This document shows, piece by piece, positions 1 to 11,657 of a DNA stretch of 64,000 nucleotides (its first letter is position 1; each line of letters starts with the position of its first letter). The notes under the pieces were generated by a model. The model worked only from the letters and a program-made list of their open reading frames with translations. It made no database searches and had not been told where the DNA came from. The DNA lies in NCBI RefSeq assembly GCF_038025025.1, contig NW_027117342.1, positions 434,001 through 498,000 of the forward strand, read 5' to 3'. Both the position numbers and the translations under genes were made by a program. This DNA is from Phyllosticta citribraziliensis. Its lineage: Eukaryota.

Positions 1-1627
1 GCCGCCGCGCGTACTTGGGCTCGTATTGGAAGCAGTGCAGGCAGAAGGGGATGATCCACATGACGATGTAGGCGATGGGGTAGATGAAGATGTTGCGCAG
101 CTGGCGCGTGATTTCCTTGCGCTTTTGCAAAATGCGTGCGTCGATTGGGTCTGACTGGCGTCTTTTGCGGTCTTGTTCGTCGATACTGGAGGCGATGCTG
201 GCGCGCACTGTCGTCGGCGCTGTCGAAGCGTTTGTATAAGAGTAGGTGCTAGGTCGGCGGGACGCCGTGTCTGAGTCTTGGAGTAGAGGGAGGTTGAAGG
301 GCCTAGACGATCTGATGCTCCCTCCAGGTTTCTCAACCTCCTCGATGGTGTTGATGTCGACCGGGTGCGGATTGATGCGCACCGTCGAGTTGCGTCGTCC
401 GCCAGGAGTTTGGAAGATCGGGCCATTGCTAAAGACATTGAGAGCAGTCAACTCGTCGATGGAGTCGACGGTGGATCCTCGACGAAACTGGATCGGTGGC
501 GATTTACTGCGTTGTTCAGGTACAAACGGGCCAGGTGCAAAAGGTCCTGGAGTGAAAGGACTGGACGAAAAAGCCTCAGGCGCAACAGGCTCAGGAGTGA
601 TGGGTTCTCGAGCAACGGGCTCAGGGACGAGTATCTCATCCATCGGCTCCCGATGGCCAGGACTAGGAAGGTCTTCATGTCGCTCAATCGGCTTTTCCTG
701 CGGCGGCGGTTCTGGTTCAGACATGTTGCCGGAAGAGTCTTGCACAACCTTGGAAAAGACGCGAAACTCGCGGTGGACATGGAAATAAATGGCAAACGCA
801 AGACTGATTACAACAACCCAGATGAGAAGCCGTGGCACCCACGAGCAGACGAGTCGGTACCATATTGGCCTCAGCGGAAGCGACACAAAAGCGCCCTGGG
901 CGAGATAGGTAGGGTTCGTAGGCGTGGTGAAGGGGATTGATGCAGAAATTATGGGTATGATGACTATGGCCGCGTACACCCAGTGTCTATGCCTGTAGAG
1001 ACGATCCGTTCCGACACCAGACACGGGTGGTTTGAAGACTGATATTGCGCCGTGGATGGCAATGAAGAGAACGGAGAAGTCTGCAAGTATCAGCGCGCGT
1101 CGCCCGCAAGATTCGACCGCACCCACCAGACATTTCGCTAAAGAATTGAATGAAGAATCCCGATGCCTGTGCGAAGCCGGTTTTCGAACTGACGGTCCCC
1201 TGAGTAAAGTATACCAGGGAGAAAATCATGTACCAAAGAGCTCTGTTCAAGTCTCCACAGACGAGAAGCATGATCAATCTGTTACCAATCAGCAATGAAA
1301 TTGTACGAGGACGAGCACTTACTTGTGGCGAAATCTCTTTTCCATTCGACAGAACCAATAGAATGCAATCAGAGCTATCGTCAAGCTCACACACGAACAG
1401 GTCACAGCAACGACCTGGGTAATAAACTTGTGATAGTCGGTAAGATAAAACAGGACGTCGCCATCAGCGTTATTTACCCGATCTGTTTTTGCAGTGACCC
1501 ATTCGATTTCTGCTGCCTGCATGAGGTCGAGCCGTTTGGAATGGCCGCAGCCATGCTGGATACCAGCCACGGTCGACTCGCAACTTGGTACAGGGCCATT
1601 GTCCCGGTAATTGCGTAAAAGTGGCAT
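1..1627 (-). CDS. Git3/Gpr1-family G-protein-coupled receptor (3' end runs off the window; spliced)
   Basis: Spliced minus-strand reading gives TM1 'ITQVVAVTCSCVSLTIALIAFYWFCRMEKRFRH', 'LIMLLVCGDLNRALWY', 'ASGFFIQFF', 'QGAFVSLPLRPIWYRLVCSWVPR' and C-terminal 'RKEITRQLRNIFIYPIAYIVMWIIPF', typical of fungal Git3-type GPCRs. Start codon uncertain. Confidence 0.8.
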
Positions 1628-2195
1628 CCTAGAGCGAACCCTAGAAGATACCAATGGGAGAGATTTGAGAGCGCAATACCAGGAACGACAGTGAACACTC
1701 GAGATGGACTGGAAGGAACATGGCGGGGGTGGTCTTTTAGAAGCCCGTCGACGAGCGTGTATGAGACATTTCCGCAGCTTCGCAGATGATGTATTTCGGG
1801 CCTGCTTTCCCTTGTATGATGAAATTCGATGCGACTGAGAGGAACATGTTGCTGATGTAGTTTGGTGGGGTAGACATGAAGAGGCTTGGTGGTTGAAAAC
1901 GGCAAGACAAACAAAGCCAACGAAAAGCTGGCAGTAAACGCGAATGCAGCCAGTCTCGACCACAGAGGAAATTTGTTTGACATTTTCATCTGCAATTGGA
2001 TCCCAAGCATCTCAGTGACCAGTTTCCGACTGGCCCAATAGCTGTGATCGTCGTATCTGCGTTTAGCAACCTCGACATGCAAACAGCTCGCCGGTTGCCT
2101 TTGTTCAGTCGCCTTATTGTACCATATTCACGCCGCCGGTCAACCTTACCTTCACCTCAACGCTCATTTAAAGAAAGTCGTGATTCATCCCACCT

Positions 2196-3029
2196 TTAAT
2201 CGAAGCTCGGAGCGAGAGCGATCAAGCTGAAGCGCGAATCACCACCAGCAGCCTCGACTTCACGCTTGATGAAAGGGCGGACACCAAGATTGAGAGCCTT
2301 TTCGGACAACACATCGTCATCGGTGGACAAGACGCCCCGGTTGAGAGGGCCCTTGCGCCTGCCGTCCAATTCCCAGAGATGGTTGTCTTCTGCCTTGATG
2401 AAGCAGACGTAGTGAAGGTCGACACTTTCATCTGCCTCTGGTGCTGCCGTGTCGCCGCCAGATGCTGCAGCCTGGTGTGCACTCTCGAGAGCCTTTGATT
2501 CGTAGAGTAGGTCGGCGCGCGCAGTCGGAGTGAGCGGAATGGCATCGTCAATCAACTTCGCAAGGTCGCTACCGGGCTCTGCACGTCGTCAGAATACTTC
2601 ACAAGGTGAGGAGAGATTTACGCACCAACATGCGACCTCGCCTGGCCATTCGAAACTCCATGCAACAGTCCCATCAAGCCGCATGCATTGCGAATGGTTT
2701 GCTTGTACCAGATGACCGGTTCCTGAGGTCCTGCGCCCTCGTACTCTGGTTTGGAGTCGTCTTCCTTGAGCCTGAACTGCTCGTATGTTTGGGAAACTGG
2801 AAAGACGAGCAGGAGAGCCAAGGCTGGCCGCGGGACAAATGACAGGAGTTCTGGTTCGTCGATGCTGAAGACGTCGTGGAAGGCGAATTGTTTGGAGAAG
2901 CCGAGCTTGTGGACGAGTGAGGTCATTACCTCTGGGTTGTTTTCTGAATCTGTTAGTTGCGAGAGGTGATCTGCGAGTGGCGATCATACCCAGAGGAATG
3001 AAGCTCTTCCTAGAATTGGAGTCGGCCAT
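2196..3029 (-). CDS. YUH1: Ubiquitin C-terminal hydrolase (peptidase C12, UCH-L3/Yuh1-like), 3 exons
   Basis: FIPLENNPEVM after splicing, catalytic 'YKQTIRNACG', 'DLHYVCF', 'LWELDGRRKGP', C-terminal 'FSLIALAP'; two canonical GT-AG introns. Confidence 0.93.
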
Positions 3030-3302
3030 GTTGAATTGGTGGAGGTGTGAGGACGATGGTGTAGAAAGGTGGTGGTCGCGCGCGGGGTGTCGAGTTGGAC
3101 GCGCGCGTTGCGCCCTATCGATAGCCTCATATGACGCATCACTGCTGCCTTACCCGGCAAGTTTGCTAAACACCAACAACAAAGGTAAAAGCAAGCCATT
3201 CCATTTGCTAGAATTGGGTATCAATTTGTCCATTTTGATGCGCCATGTAGCCCAGCCAACCAAACGCCAGTAGATGCTCCCAGAACCAATGTGCAATCCT
3301 CC

Positions 3303-3752
3303 CTAGTTTCCAGGCCTGCTGCTGTTGTTGCTGACAATCTTGATCTTATCGGCCGGCAGCGTCTGCGAGTTGTCCATTTTGAACTGGATGTCCTTGATGA
3401 TAAAGGTCCAGACGTCGTCGCAGAAGCGGTACGTGTCGAGGTGACCCTGGTTGCGCAATCAGCGCCGTGCCGCCGGCGAAGCTGGGTGAGGCCAAATACC
3501 TTGAAGCTCATCCTCGTCTTGACCTTTTCTGAAATGACGTCGGCCAGGGCCTTGTCGAAGTTTTGCATGATCTTGATGGCCAGCTGCGGCTCCATACGCC
3601 GAGTGCTAATCAGCTCATCGAGCGTGTCCATCAGAGTCATGCCGATGCTGCGTTTGTTAACACATGTCACGGCCGGCGCATCGCGAAAGACAGGGCGAGT
3701 GCGCAAAGTACCTAGTCTTGCGATAGATCTCGTAGTAGTTGAGGTCGCTCAT
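3303..3752 (-). CDS. TOA2: Transcription initiation factor TFIIA gamma (small) subunit, 3 exons
   Basis: '[22 protein letters not shown]...[12 protein letters not shown]...[21 protein letters not shown]' after removing two introns. Confidence 0.95.
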
Positions 3753-4020
3753 GGTGGTCACACGGGTCTGGAGGAGGTACGGTAGAATGGGAGGTGAGGT
3801 GGGTGGTTGGTAAGGTGGTGGATGATGGAGAAGTGGGACCCTGGGTGAGGTAAGCTCGGCAATCACGTGGGCGGCCTGAGCGCCTCCCGCCGGGCTCTCG
3901 ACTGCTCGACGTTGCGGAGCTCCATCCAAGCATTCACGTCAGTCTTCACCAAGATCCTGCCCGCCGCATCGAGCGTCTTCTCTCTGCCGCTCGTCTCGTT
4001 CAATCCAGAGCTCCGCCAGC

Positions 4021-4816
4021 ATGAGTCTCACCTATGGCGCTGGAGGCGCCACGGCCGCCTTGACGGTCATCGGACTGTGTACGTGGTGAAGCTGTCACGA
4101 CCGTTCGACGCTAACATCTCCCAGATATGCTGTTCAACGGAGAGGGCGAGGCATTCAACGTATGTCGACAGATACCGAGCTATCCCGCGCACAACTGACG
4201 ACCCGCCGCTAGGTTGGCCAATTCCTCGAGAGCGTTTCACCGTACATGTGGGCAGACATGGGCATAGGCCTCTGCATTGGCTTGTCAGTCGTAGGAGCTG
4301 CATGGTATGTTGGACGGCACATTTGAAGCTGGGGAAGTGCTGACATCTTCAAGGGGTATCTTCATCACCGGTAGCTCCATCATCGGCGGCGGTGTCAAGG
4401 CGCCCAGGATACGCACCAAGAACCTGATCTCCATCATCTTTTGCGAAGTCGTCGCCATTTACGGCGTCATCATGTCCATTGTCTTTTCGTCCAAGATCCA
4501 GTCCGTCAGCGGCGACGCGCTCTACTCGGCATCCAACTACTACACTGGCTACGCTCTGTTTTGGGGAGGAATCACGGTGGGCATGTGCAACTTGGTTTGC
4601 GGTGTCTCTGTGGGAATCAACGGCAGCAGTGCTGCGCTTGCCGATGCTGCGGATCCCAGCTTGTAGGTCTCATCAGCCACTCTACGCGACGGTTCTAACG
4701 TTACCAGGTTCGTCAAGATTTTGGTCATTGAGATCTTCAGCTCTGTGCTTGGTCTCTTTGGTCTGATTATCGGGCTGCTGGTGTCTGGAAAAGCTGGTGA
4801 CTTTAGCATGGATTGA
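4021..4816 (+). CDS. VMA16: V-ATPase V0 21-kDa proteolipid subunit c''
   Basis: '[13 protein letters not shown]', '[37 protein letters not shown]', '[20 protein letters not shown]'; four short introns. Confidence 0.95.
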
Positions 4817-5147
4817 AAAGGCAATTGAATGCGCATTGAGCGAGTGGGTGCACATTGTGCCAAAGGGCGATATCCAGTATGTCTGCTTGGATTGAGCTGG
4901 AGATTTTGATCTTGTGCATAATTAGGGTCTGTACAGTAAGCAAGACGGGCGTAGCGGTTTGTTTTATTGAGTGCAGCAGCGACAGGCAGTCTGTTTTGGC
5001 TGTCATGAATACCAAAGGCCGTGATGGTTTGAAGTAGATGTCCTGCGTGTAGGTGCTCTTAGCTGCGGTTGATGGATGCCGTCACTCGGTTCCGCAGATC
5101 ATCCAGAGCGGGCACCCGCGTCATCGGCAACCCTTAGCCACGACACA

Positions 5148-7467
5148 ATGTTACCCCTCAGAGCCGCCATCCTCGTCGTCTCAGAAACCGCGTCCAAGGA
5201 CCCGTCGACAGACAAGTGCATCGATGCGTTGAAGCAAGTCTTTGCTGCGAATGGCGGCGACCAGTGGGCGGTTGAGATTACCGACATTGTGCCCGACAGC
5301 GTGCTCGACATCCAGCGCTTCGTCCAGCGATGGACGGATTCCGAGGATGCAGTCAATCTCATCGTTACCAGTGGAGGGACGGGCTTCGCTACCAAGGATA
5401 ATACGCCAGAGGTACGGACTCGTCGCGCAGGCCACGATTCGTGCTGACCAGACAACAGGCCGTGACGCCTCTGATTCACAAACATGCTCCAGGATTGGTG
5501 TAGGTTTTTTGCATTGATTGATATTTCACTGCTAACTCCATAAAAAGGCACGGAATGCTTGCTGCTTCCCTCCAAGTGACACCTTGTAAGAAAATTCACG
5601 TTGCGCGTCTTCATCCCACTTACGACTTTCAGTCGCCATGATGTCGCGGCCCGTGGCGGGAGTACGGCACAAGACCATGGTCGTCACGTTACCTGGCTCT
5701 CCCAAGGGCGCAAAAGAAAACCTCGAAGCCATTTTGAGATTGCTACCTCATGCTTGCACTCAAGCTGCTGGTGCTGATTCGCGCCAACTCCACTCGGGAG
5801 GTGTAAAGAAGCTGGAGAGCGAGGCAGGCGTCTCGTCTGGAGCCAAACCGGGCGGTAGGGAAAGCCCAAAACTAAACAGATATATGCTCATACGATTCCA
5901 GACCACAAGAATGGGCATGGTCACGGTCATCATCACCACCATCACGGCCACGGTCATGCCGTTCCTCGGGCGCACACGAATCCCGACGACCGCCCTCAGT
6001 CCAACGACCCGAGCGCCGGTCCAACCAGGAGATATCGATCTTCTCCTTATCCAATGCTCTCTGTCGAAGAGGCCTTGTCCTTGATCTCAGAGCACACGCC
6101 TCATCCCGTCGTTGTCAAGATTCCCCTCAACGACAAGGCGATTGGGTGCGTCCTCGCCGAAGATATTCAAGCGCCAGAAAACGTCCCCGCCTTCCGTGCC
6201 AGCATAGTCGATGGATACGCGGTATGTATTCTTTCCCAATCCCCGCTGCCATACTAACTTGCAGTAGGTCAGGATACCAGAGTTGGGGGCCTTTGAAAAA
6301 GGGGTGTACCCGGTGGCTCTCGTTGCTCATGCTCAGGCGGGCGTGATATCTCCACTGCAAGAGGGGCAGATAGCCCGCATCACGACCGGAGCACCGCTCC
6401 CTCCAGACGCATCTGCAGTCGTCATGGTCGAAGATACTGTCCTCAAGAGCAAGACAGCCGACGGCGAGGAAGAAGCAGAAGTCGAGCTCCTAACGTCGGA
6501 CATCAAGCACGGCGAAAATGTCCGCGAGGTCGGCAGCGATGTGCGCGCCGGCGACGTGGTCATGAAACAAGGCGAAGGCATCACCGCAATTGGCGGCGAG
6601 CTGGGGCTGCTGGCGTCGGTGGGCGTCAAGGAGGTGACAGTGTACAAGAAGCCCGTCGTCGGCGTGCTCAGCACAGGCGACGAGATTGTGCAATTCGACC
6701 GCCCCGGCGACCTGCAGCTGGGCGAAGTGCGAGACACGAACCGGCCGACCCTACTCAACGCCGCACGCGCCGCCGGCTTCGAAGCCGTCGACCTGGGAAT
6801 CGCTTCAGACAAGTGCGTAGCCTCCTAGCCCCTGACACACCTCAACACCGCAACGCTCTGCTAACCACGCACACCTAGACCCGGCACGCTGGAAGCCAGC
6901 CTGCGCGACGCGCTGCGCAGTGTCTCCGTCGTCATCACGTCCGGCGGCGTCTCGATGGGCGAGCTCGACCTGCTCAAGCCCACCATCGAGCGCAAGCTCG
7001 GCGGCACAATCCACTTCGGCCGCGTGTCCATGAAGCCCGGCAAGCCCACGACGTTCGCCACCGTCCCGTTCAAGGACAACGCCGGCGAGCCCGCCTCCCG
7101 CGCCGTCTTCTCGCTGCCCGGCAACCCCGCCAGCGCCGTCACGACGTTCCAGCTGTTCGTCCTGCCCTCTCTGCACCGCGCCAGCGGCATTCAGCCAGCG
7201 GGACTGCCGCGCGCGCGCGTGCGCGTCGACGCTGATGTGCGCTGCGATGATAGGAGGGCGGAGTACCATCGTGCGCTCGTCCGCGTGGCGGCGGACGGCG
7301 CGCTGTGGGCTAGTAGCACGGGCGGGCAGCGCAGCTCGCGGATCGGCAGTTTCAAGGGGGCGAATGCGCTGTTGTGTTTGCCGGTCAAGAAGGGGGTGGT
7401 GGCGAGGGGAGAGCAGGTCGATGCGTTGATGATGGGGGCGTTGGTCAGTGAGATGGGTTTGTCTTAG
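5148..7467 (+). CDS. cnxE: Gephyrin-like molybdenum cofactor biosynthesis protein (MogA/G domain + MoeA/E domain)
   Basis: N-terminal G domain 'LIVTSGGTGFATKDNTPE', 'TLPGSPKGAKENL'; His-rich linker; E domain 'VPAFRASIVDGYA', 'ITTGAPLP', 'LSTGDEI', 'MKPGKPT', 'LPGNPASA', 'STGGQRSSRIGS'; several introns. Confidence 0.93.
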
Positions 7468-7881
7468 TATCGGGTGCGTTGGCTTCACGTACGTAAGGCA
7501 TGGTTGAGCGCTGATTTGGAAGCCTGACATCTCGCAACGTCCTAGTCATCTTTCCTCCCATCTGACGCAATGTCATGTTTTTGAGCACACATCTATCTTT
7601 AATAATCCAAAGTCTTGTCCTTGGAAGCATCTCGTTCAGTACATTCTTCTTCTCCTTTCTTTTGTTCCGACCTGAGTCCCGAGCACACGAATCACATTCA
7701 CACTCACGTTCATTATGAATGAATTAAGTCCACAAGGCAAGGAAACACACAGATGACCATCATCAGTTAGTCAGTCTACCACCGCCGGTCTTATCAAACA
7801 ACCAATTACATATATTTGACCACGACGGCGACACGAAATGAGTACCCACAGTAAACAAGCTACCATACTAAGACTTCACTG

Positions 7882-9818
7882 TCAAGTTCTCCTCCTCTTC
7901 CTCCTCGCCGGCCCACTCATCTCAGCACGCCGCCTCTTCCTGCCCCACCCATGCGCTCTGTACAGGCTTTGCTGGAGAGGCCCAAGAGACTGCGGCTGAA
8001 GACGCACCTTCGCGCCCACCTTCCTCGTAATCGGCTTGCCGTTCGGAGCACGACAGTGGCCCAGTAGAGAGCACCGGACGCAGTCATCAAACTCCTCAGG
8101 CGGCTCCCAGTTATACTCCCTCTTAGCTTCCTCGATCAGCCACAGGTCCTTATGGCACTCATTCATAATCTGCTCCGCAGGGAAAAACATCGTGCGCTTG
8201 AACTGGCGCTGCCGCGGCGGCGCCGCGCCCGGCCGCACCCAGCGCAGGTGGTGCAGCAGCTGGCAGATGGTGCGGCAGTCGATGGCGCCGTGGGCGGCGT
8301 GCGTGACGGCTTCGACGGCGAGCCCGAGGCGCGCGAGGTGCGGGTCGGCGTCGTTGAGGGGCAGCCCGAGCGCGACGGCCCACGCGTTGAGGATCGTGTG
8401 GATGCCGCAGGCGAGCTGGCCGCCGGTCTGCGTCGCGGCGTACCGGACGGCGAAGCGGCCGCGGGGGAGGGGCTGCGTGGTGTTGTCGGTCCACCAGCGC
8501 GTTTTGCGGATGAAGTCGCGGACGTACTGTTGCCTGGGACCAGAGACTTGCGGGGGTGGTGGAGGTTTGCCGGTTTCGGGGTCGATTTGACCGCGCGTTG
8601 GTCTTTTGGGACCCGTGCTGTCGTAGACGTCGACGGTGTAGTCTGTTCCCGACTTGTCCTCCACGACGACCGCCAGCACCGTGTGCCCGTTGTCCTTGGG
8701 ATCTTTCGGGTTGGACATTACGACGGGCAAGATCAGATCACGACGTCGCCGCGCAACGTCGGTCCTTTGATCAGGGACCGCGGGCCTCAAGCCGGAATCC
8801 TCGGGGTAAGTGGCCATGCTGTGCACCGTCGGGCCGTACACGCTGAAAGTGTGGCCCCGACCATTAAGACTAATAGCTTCCGTGACAGCCATGATTGCCA
8901 TTACCACCGCGTCGTCGAAAAGGGGCATGCCCAATCTGACGCAAAAACGCGAAGTGGGCGGTACCGGTCCGGGTGGGACTGGCTGGTGTAGAGCGTCGTA
9001 CTTGGCCTGAGGATATTCCGGTCTGAAGGCGTGGATGCTGCGAAGATAGGATTGCCCCTGCGTGGCTTCGTTCGTGATGTCCGGGATGCAGTGGCTGGTG
9101 GTGGGACATGCCTTACAGGTGCCGCAGTGGTTCTCGACAGGACAGCGGGTGCATCCTTGACCTACACCAGACCCCTCGGGACAGTGGCTGGCGACGTTGC
9201 ATTTGGAGCATCCGGATTGCTCTCCATTTTGCTGCTGGTCTTGAGGAGTAGCTGGCAGGACTTGGAGAACGGCTGGCGGATGATTTTGTGGTTGATTTTG
9301 TGGTTGATTCTGCGGTTGATCCTGTGGTTGATTCTGTGGTTGATCCTGTGGTCGATCTTGTGGAATGTCTTGTGGTTGACCTTGTACTTGGTGGTCTTCT
9401 GCGACATCATGCGGAGTGCCTTGCGTCCCCTCCCCACGACCATCATCATCGCCGCTCTCATCACCCTCCGCCCACGCAATCCCTTGCCAAAGCACGTCAA
9501 CCTCCGCATCGCCCCTCAAATCGACCGTGCTCCCAAAAAGCCCCAGTCCCCAATTCGCATCAAACGCCGGCGCCCTCTTAACAACCTTCAAATGAACCAA
9601 CAGCGCAAGCAGCAGCGCCGGCGTCGCCTGGCCCTGCACCGCCGACGCAACGACCGCCTGCGCGTACTTCTTCTGCTGGTCCGTCCACTTGGCGTCTTTG
9701 GTGGCGAGCTCGAGGCCCAGAGCCAGCGCCGCGGCGATGAAGATGACGGTGAACTTGCGCGCCGTGTCGTCAGAGCGGCGCGCAGCTGTCCAGGTGTAGG
9801 CGATGGCGGGCAGCTGGT

Positions 9819-9852
<34 letters not shown>

Positions 9853-10269
9853 ATCGAACCACGCGCCGCGCTGCAGGAAGCCCGTCACATCCGTCTGGAG
9901 AGCCTGGTACTGTGCCGGCCGCGGCAGCGCGTGCGAGGTGCTGTAAAAGTGAATCTCGACAGTGGCGCCATCGTCGGCGAAGAGCGCGTGGACGAGCAGC
10001 AGCTGCGTCTCGGTGCCTTTGACGTGGCGGGTCCACGGGAACAAGATGTTTTTCTTGCGTCGCCATATGCGGCGGTCGAGATTCGCGTTGTTGGGTTGCT
10101 GGCACGCGTCGATGCGGTAGAAGCTGAACTCGTCGTTGTTGGTGCTGCTTTGGCTGATGGCTTCGGTGACGCTGAGGATGGCCCTGATGAGCTGGTCGTC
10201 TGTTGGTGCTGTCGTGACGGGGGCGGGATTGGGGTATTGGGTTTGTAGATGGCCCAATGGGTTCGACAT
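7882..10269 (-). CDS. Uncharacterised intronless ~795-aa protein with tandem Ulp1/CE-clan-like domains (N copy inactive, C copy intact); paralogue A
   Basis: Uninterrupted ORF from ATG 10269; collinear similarity with the 58823-61240 ORF; C-terminal 'LILPVV..GHTVLA..VYDSTG..TQTGGQLACGIH' pattern; CxxCxxxxHC motifs; basic C-terminus. Confidence 0.85.
9282..9380 (-). repeat. Imperfect 12-bp coding tandem repeat (QPQN/QPQD) in paralogue A
   Basis: Repeated 'gattYtgtggtt'-like units on + encoding QPQDQPQNQPQD... on the minus strand. Confidence 0.85.
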
Positions 10270-10773
10270 GTTGGATTCTGTTTGCTGGAGCTCCTGAGAC
10301 TCGTTTAGTCGTAGACTCGTTTTCCCTGACGTCTTGAAGATGTCGCAAATCAACAACTCTGACAGCTCAAGTCAGCGAGACGTCTCTTGTAAAAGGTGGG
10401 ACGATACCATTTCCCTTTGTTGCCCACGCCCAAGCAATCAAGCAGTCTTGCTTTGTCAACCCGATTCCGGCGGGACGACCATCCATCAAAGCGGTTCGTT
10501 CTTTGTCGGTCAAGACGATGTGATGGTAGCTGCGGCAGTAAACTCGACATTCGACACGGCGGCATTGTGGACGCCGCAGATGCTGTAAAGTGTGAGAATT
10601 AAATCGGCATACATGCGTTCGAATGGAGTGCCATGCAAGAAAATGATCAACAGAATACAGTGGCTAGAATGCACGTCCTCGCCAGATGGATGCTTTCTTG
10701 CTTGCTTGCGCGCTGGGTATACACCACAGTCTTGTCGTCCTGCTCGTCTTCCATCACCGTTCCCCGCACCAAT

Positions 10774-11657
10774 CTACATCCGCCGAATATGCTGCTCCTC
10801 CTCAAACGCGACGACATCGCCCTCCTTCTCCAGCTTGTCCCACCACGCAAACAGCATGTTCTCGCAAATGAGCTTGAACCAGGGGGTGAACTTCAAGTCG
10901 GGCTGCGCAAACATGTCCCTCAGCTCGTCCTTGGTCACGTAGCGGGTGTCGCGGACCTCGTTCAGGTTGGGCTCGACGAGCACCGCGTGCTTTGGCTTCG
11001 CAAACAGGATGTAGTCGATCTCGTGCTCGCCCCACTTGCCGTCGCTGGGCGCCAGGTAGTGGATGCGCGTCAGGAACTTGAACGCCTCGGGCGGCACCTG
11101 CGCCGCGGGGATACCCAGCTCGTGGCCCAGCTTGCGCGTGGCGGCGCGCTTGGCGCCCGCGACCGACGAGGGCAGGTCGGCGCCCGTCTCGCTCGGCGTC
11201 CCCAGCGGGTGCGAGCAGCATGTGTTTGTCCACATGTCCGGGAAGGTGATTTTCTCGCTCGCCCGCTGCTGCAGCAGCAGCCGGTTTTGTTGGTCGAAGA
11301 GGAAGACGGAGAAGGCGCGGTGCAGGAGGCCCTTGTTGATGTTTTCCATGAGGTGGCCTGCGCGGGCGGCGTCAGTGGTCTGTAGGGATCGGTGGTGGTG
11401 GTTGTGGTGTTGAGGGTCGACGTACAAACTTTCTTGCTTGCGCTGCCAATCGGCACGTCGTTTTCGTCCAGCACAATGCACACTTCGTCCATCAGGCGGA
11501 TCTGCTCTTCGTCGTAGCCAGCCAGGTCGGCGTCGGCGCTGCGGCCGCCGCTCTGGCGAGCCTGGCCAATGACATTGGTGTCGACGTCGCCGGCAAAGAG
11601 GCGGAGGATGTTGTCGGCGGTGATGGCCGTCGTGGTGGTTGTGGTGGTGCTGCTCAT
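10774..11657 (-). CDS. IDI1: Isopentenyl-diphosphate delta-isomerase (type 1), 2 exons
   Basis: '[17 protein letters not shown]', '[12 protein letters not shown]', '[25 protein letters not shown]', '[11 protein letters not shown]', 'FTPWFKLI'. Confidence 0.97.

Noticed and set aside
7468..10773. Terminal inverted repeats, target-site duplications or shared flanks around paralogues A and B
   Set aside because: None found by eye and no transposase ORF is present, so no mobile element is called.
10774..11657. IDI1 plus transporters as a secondary-metabolite cluster
   Set aside because: No terpene synthase, PKS, NRPS, P450 or cluster regulator in the window; neighbours are housekeeping genes.
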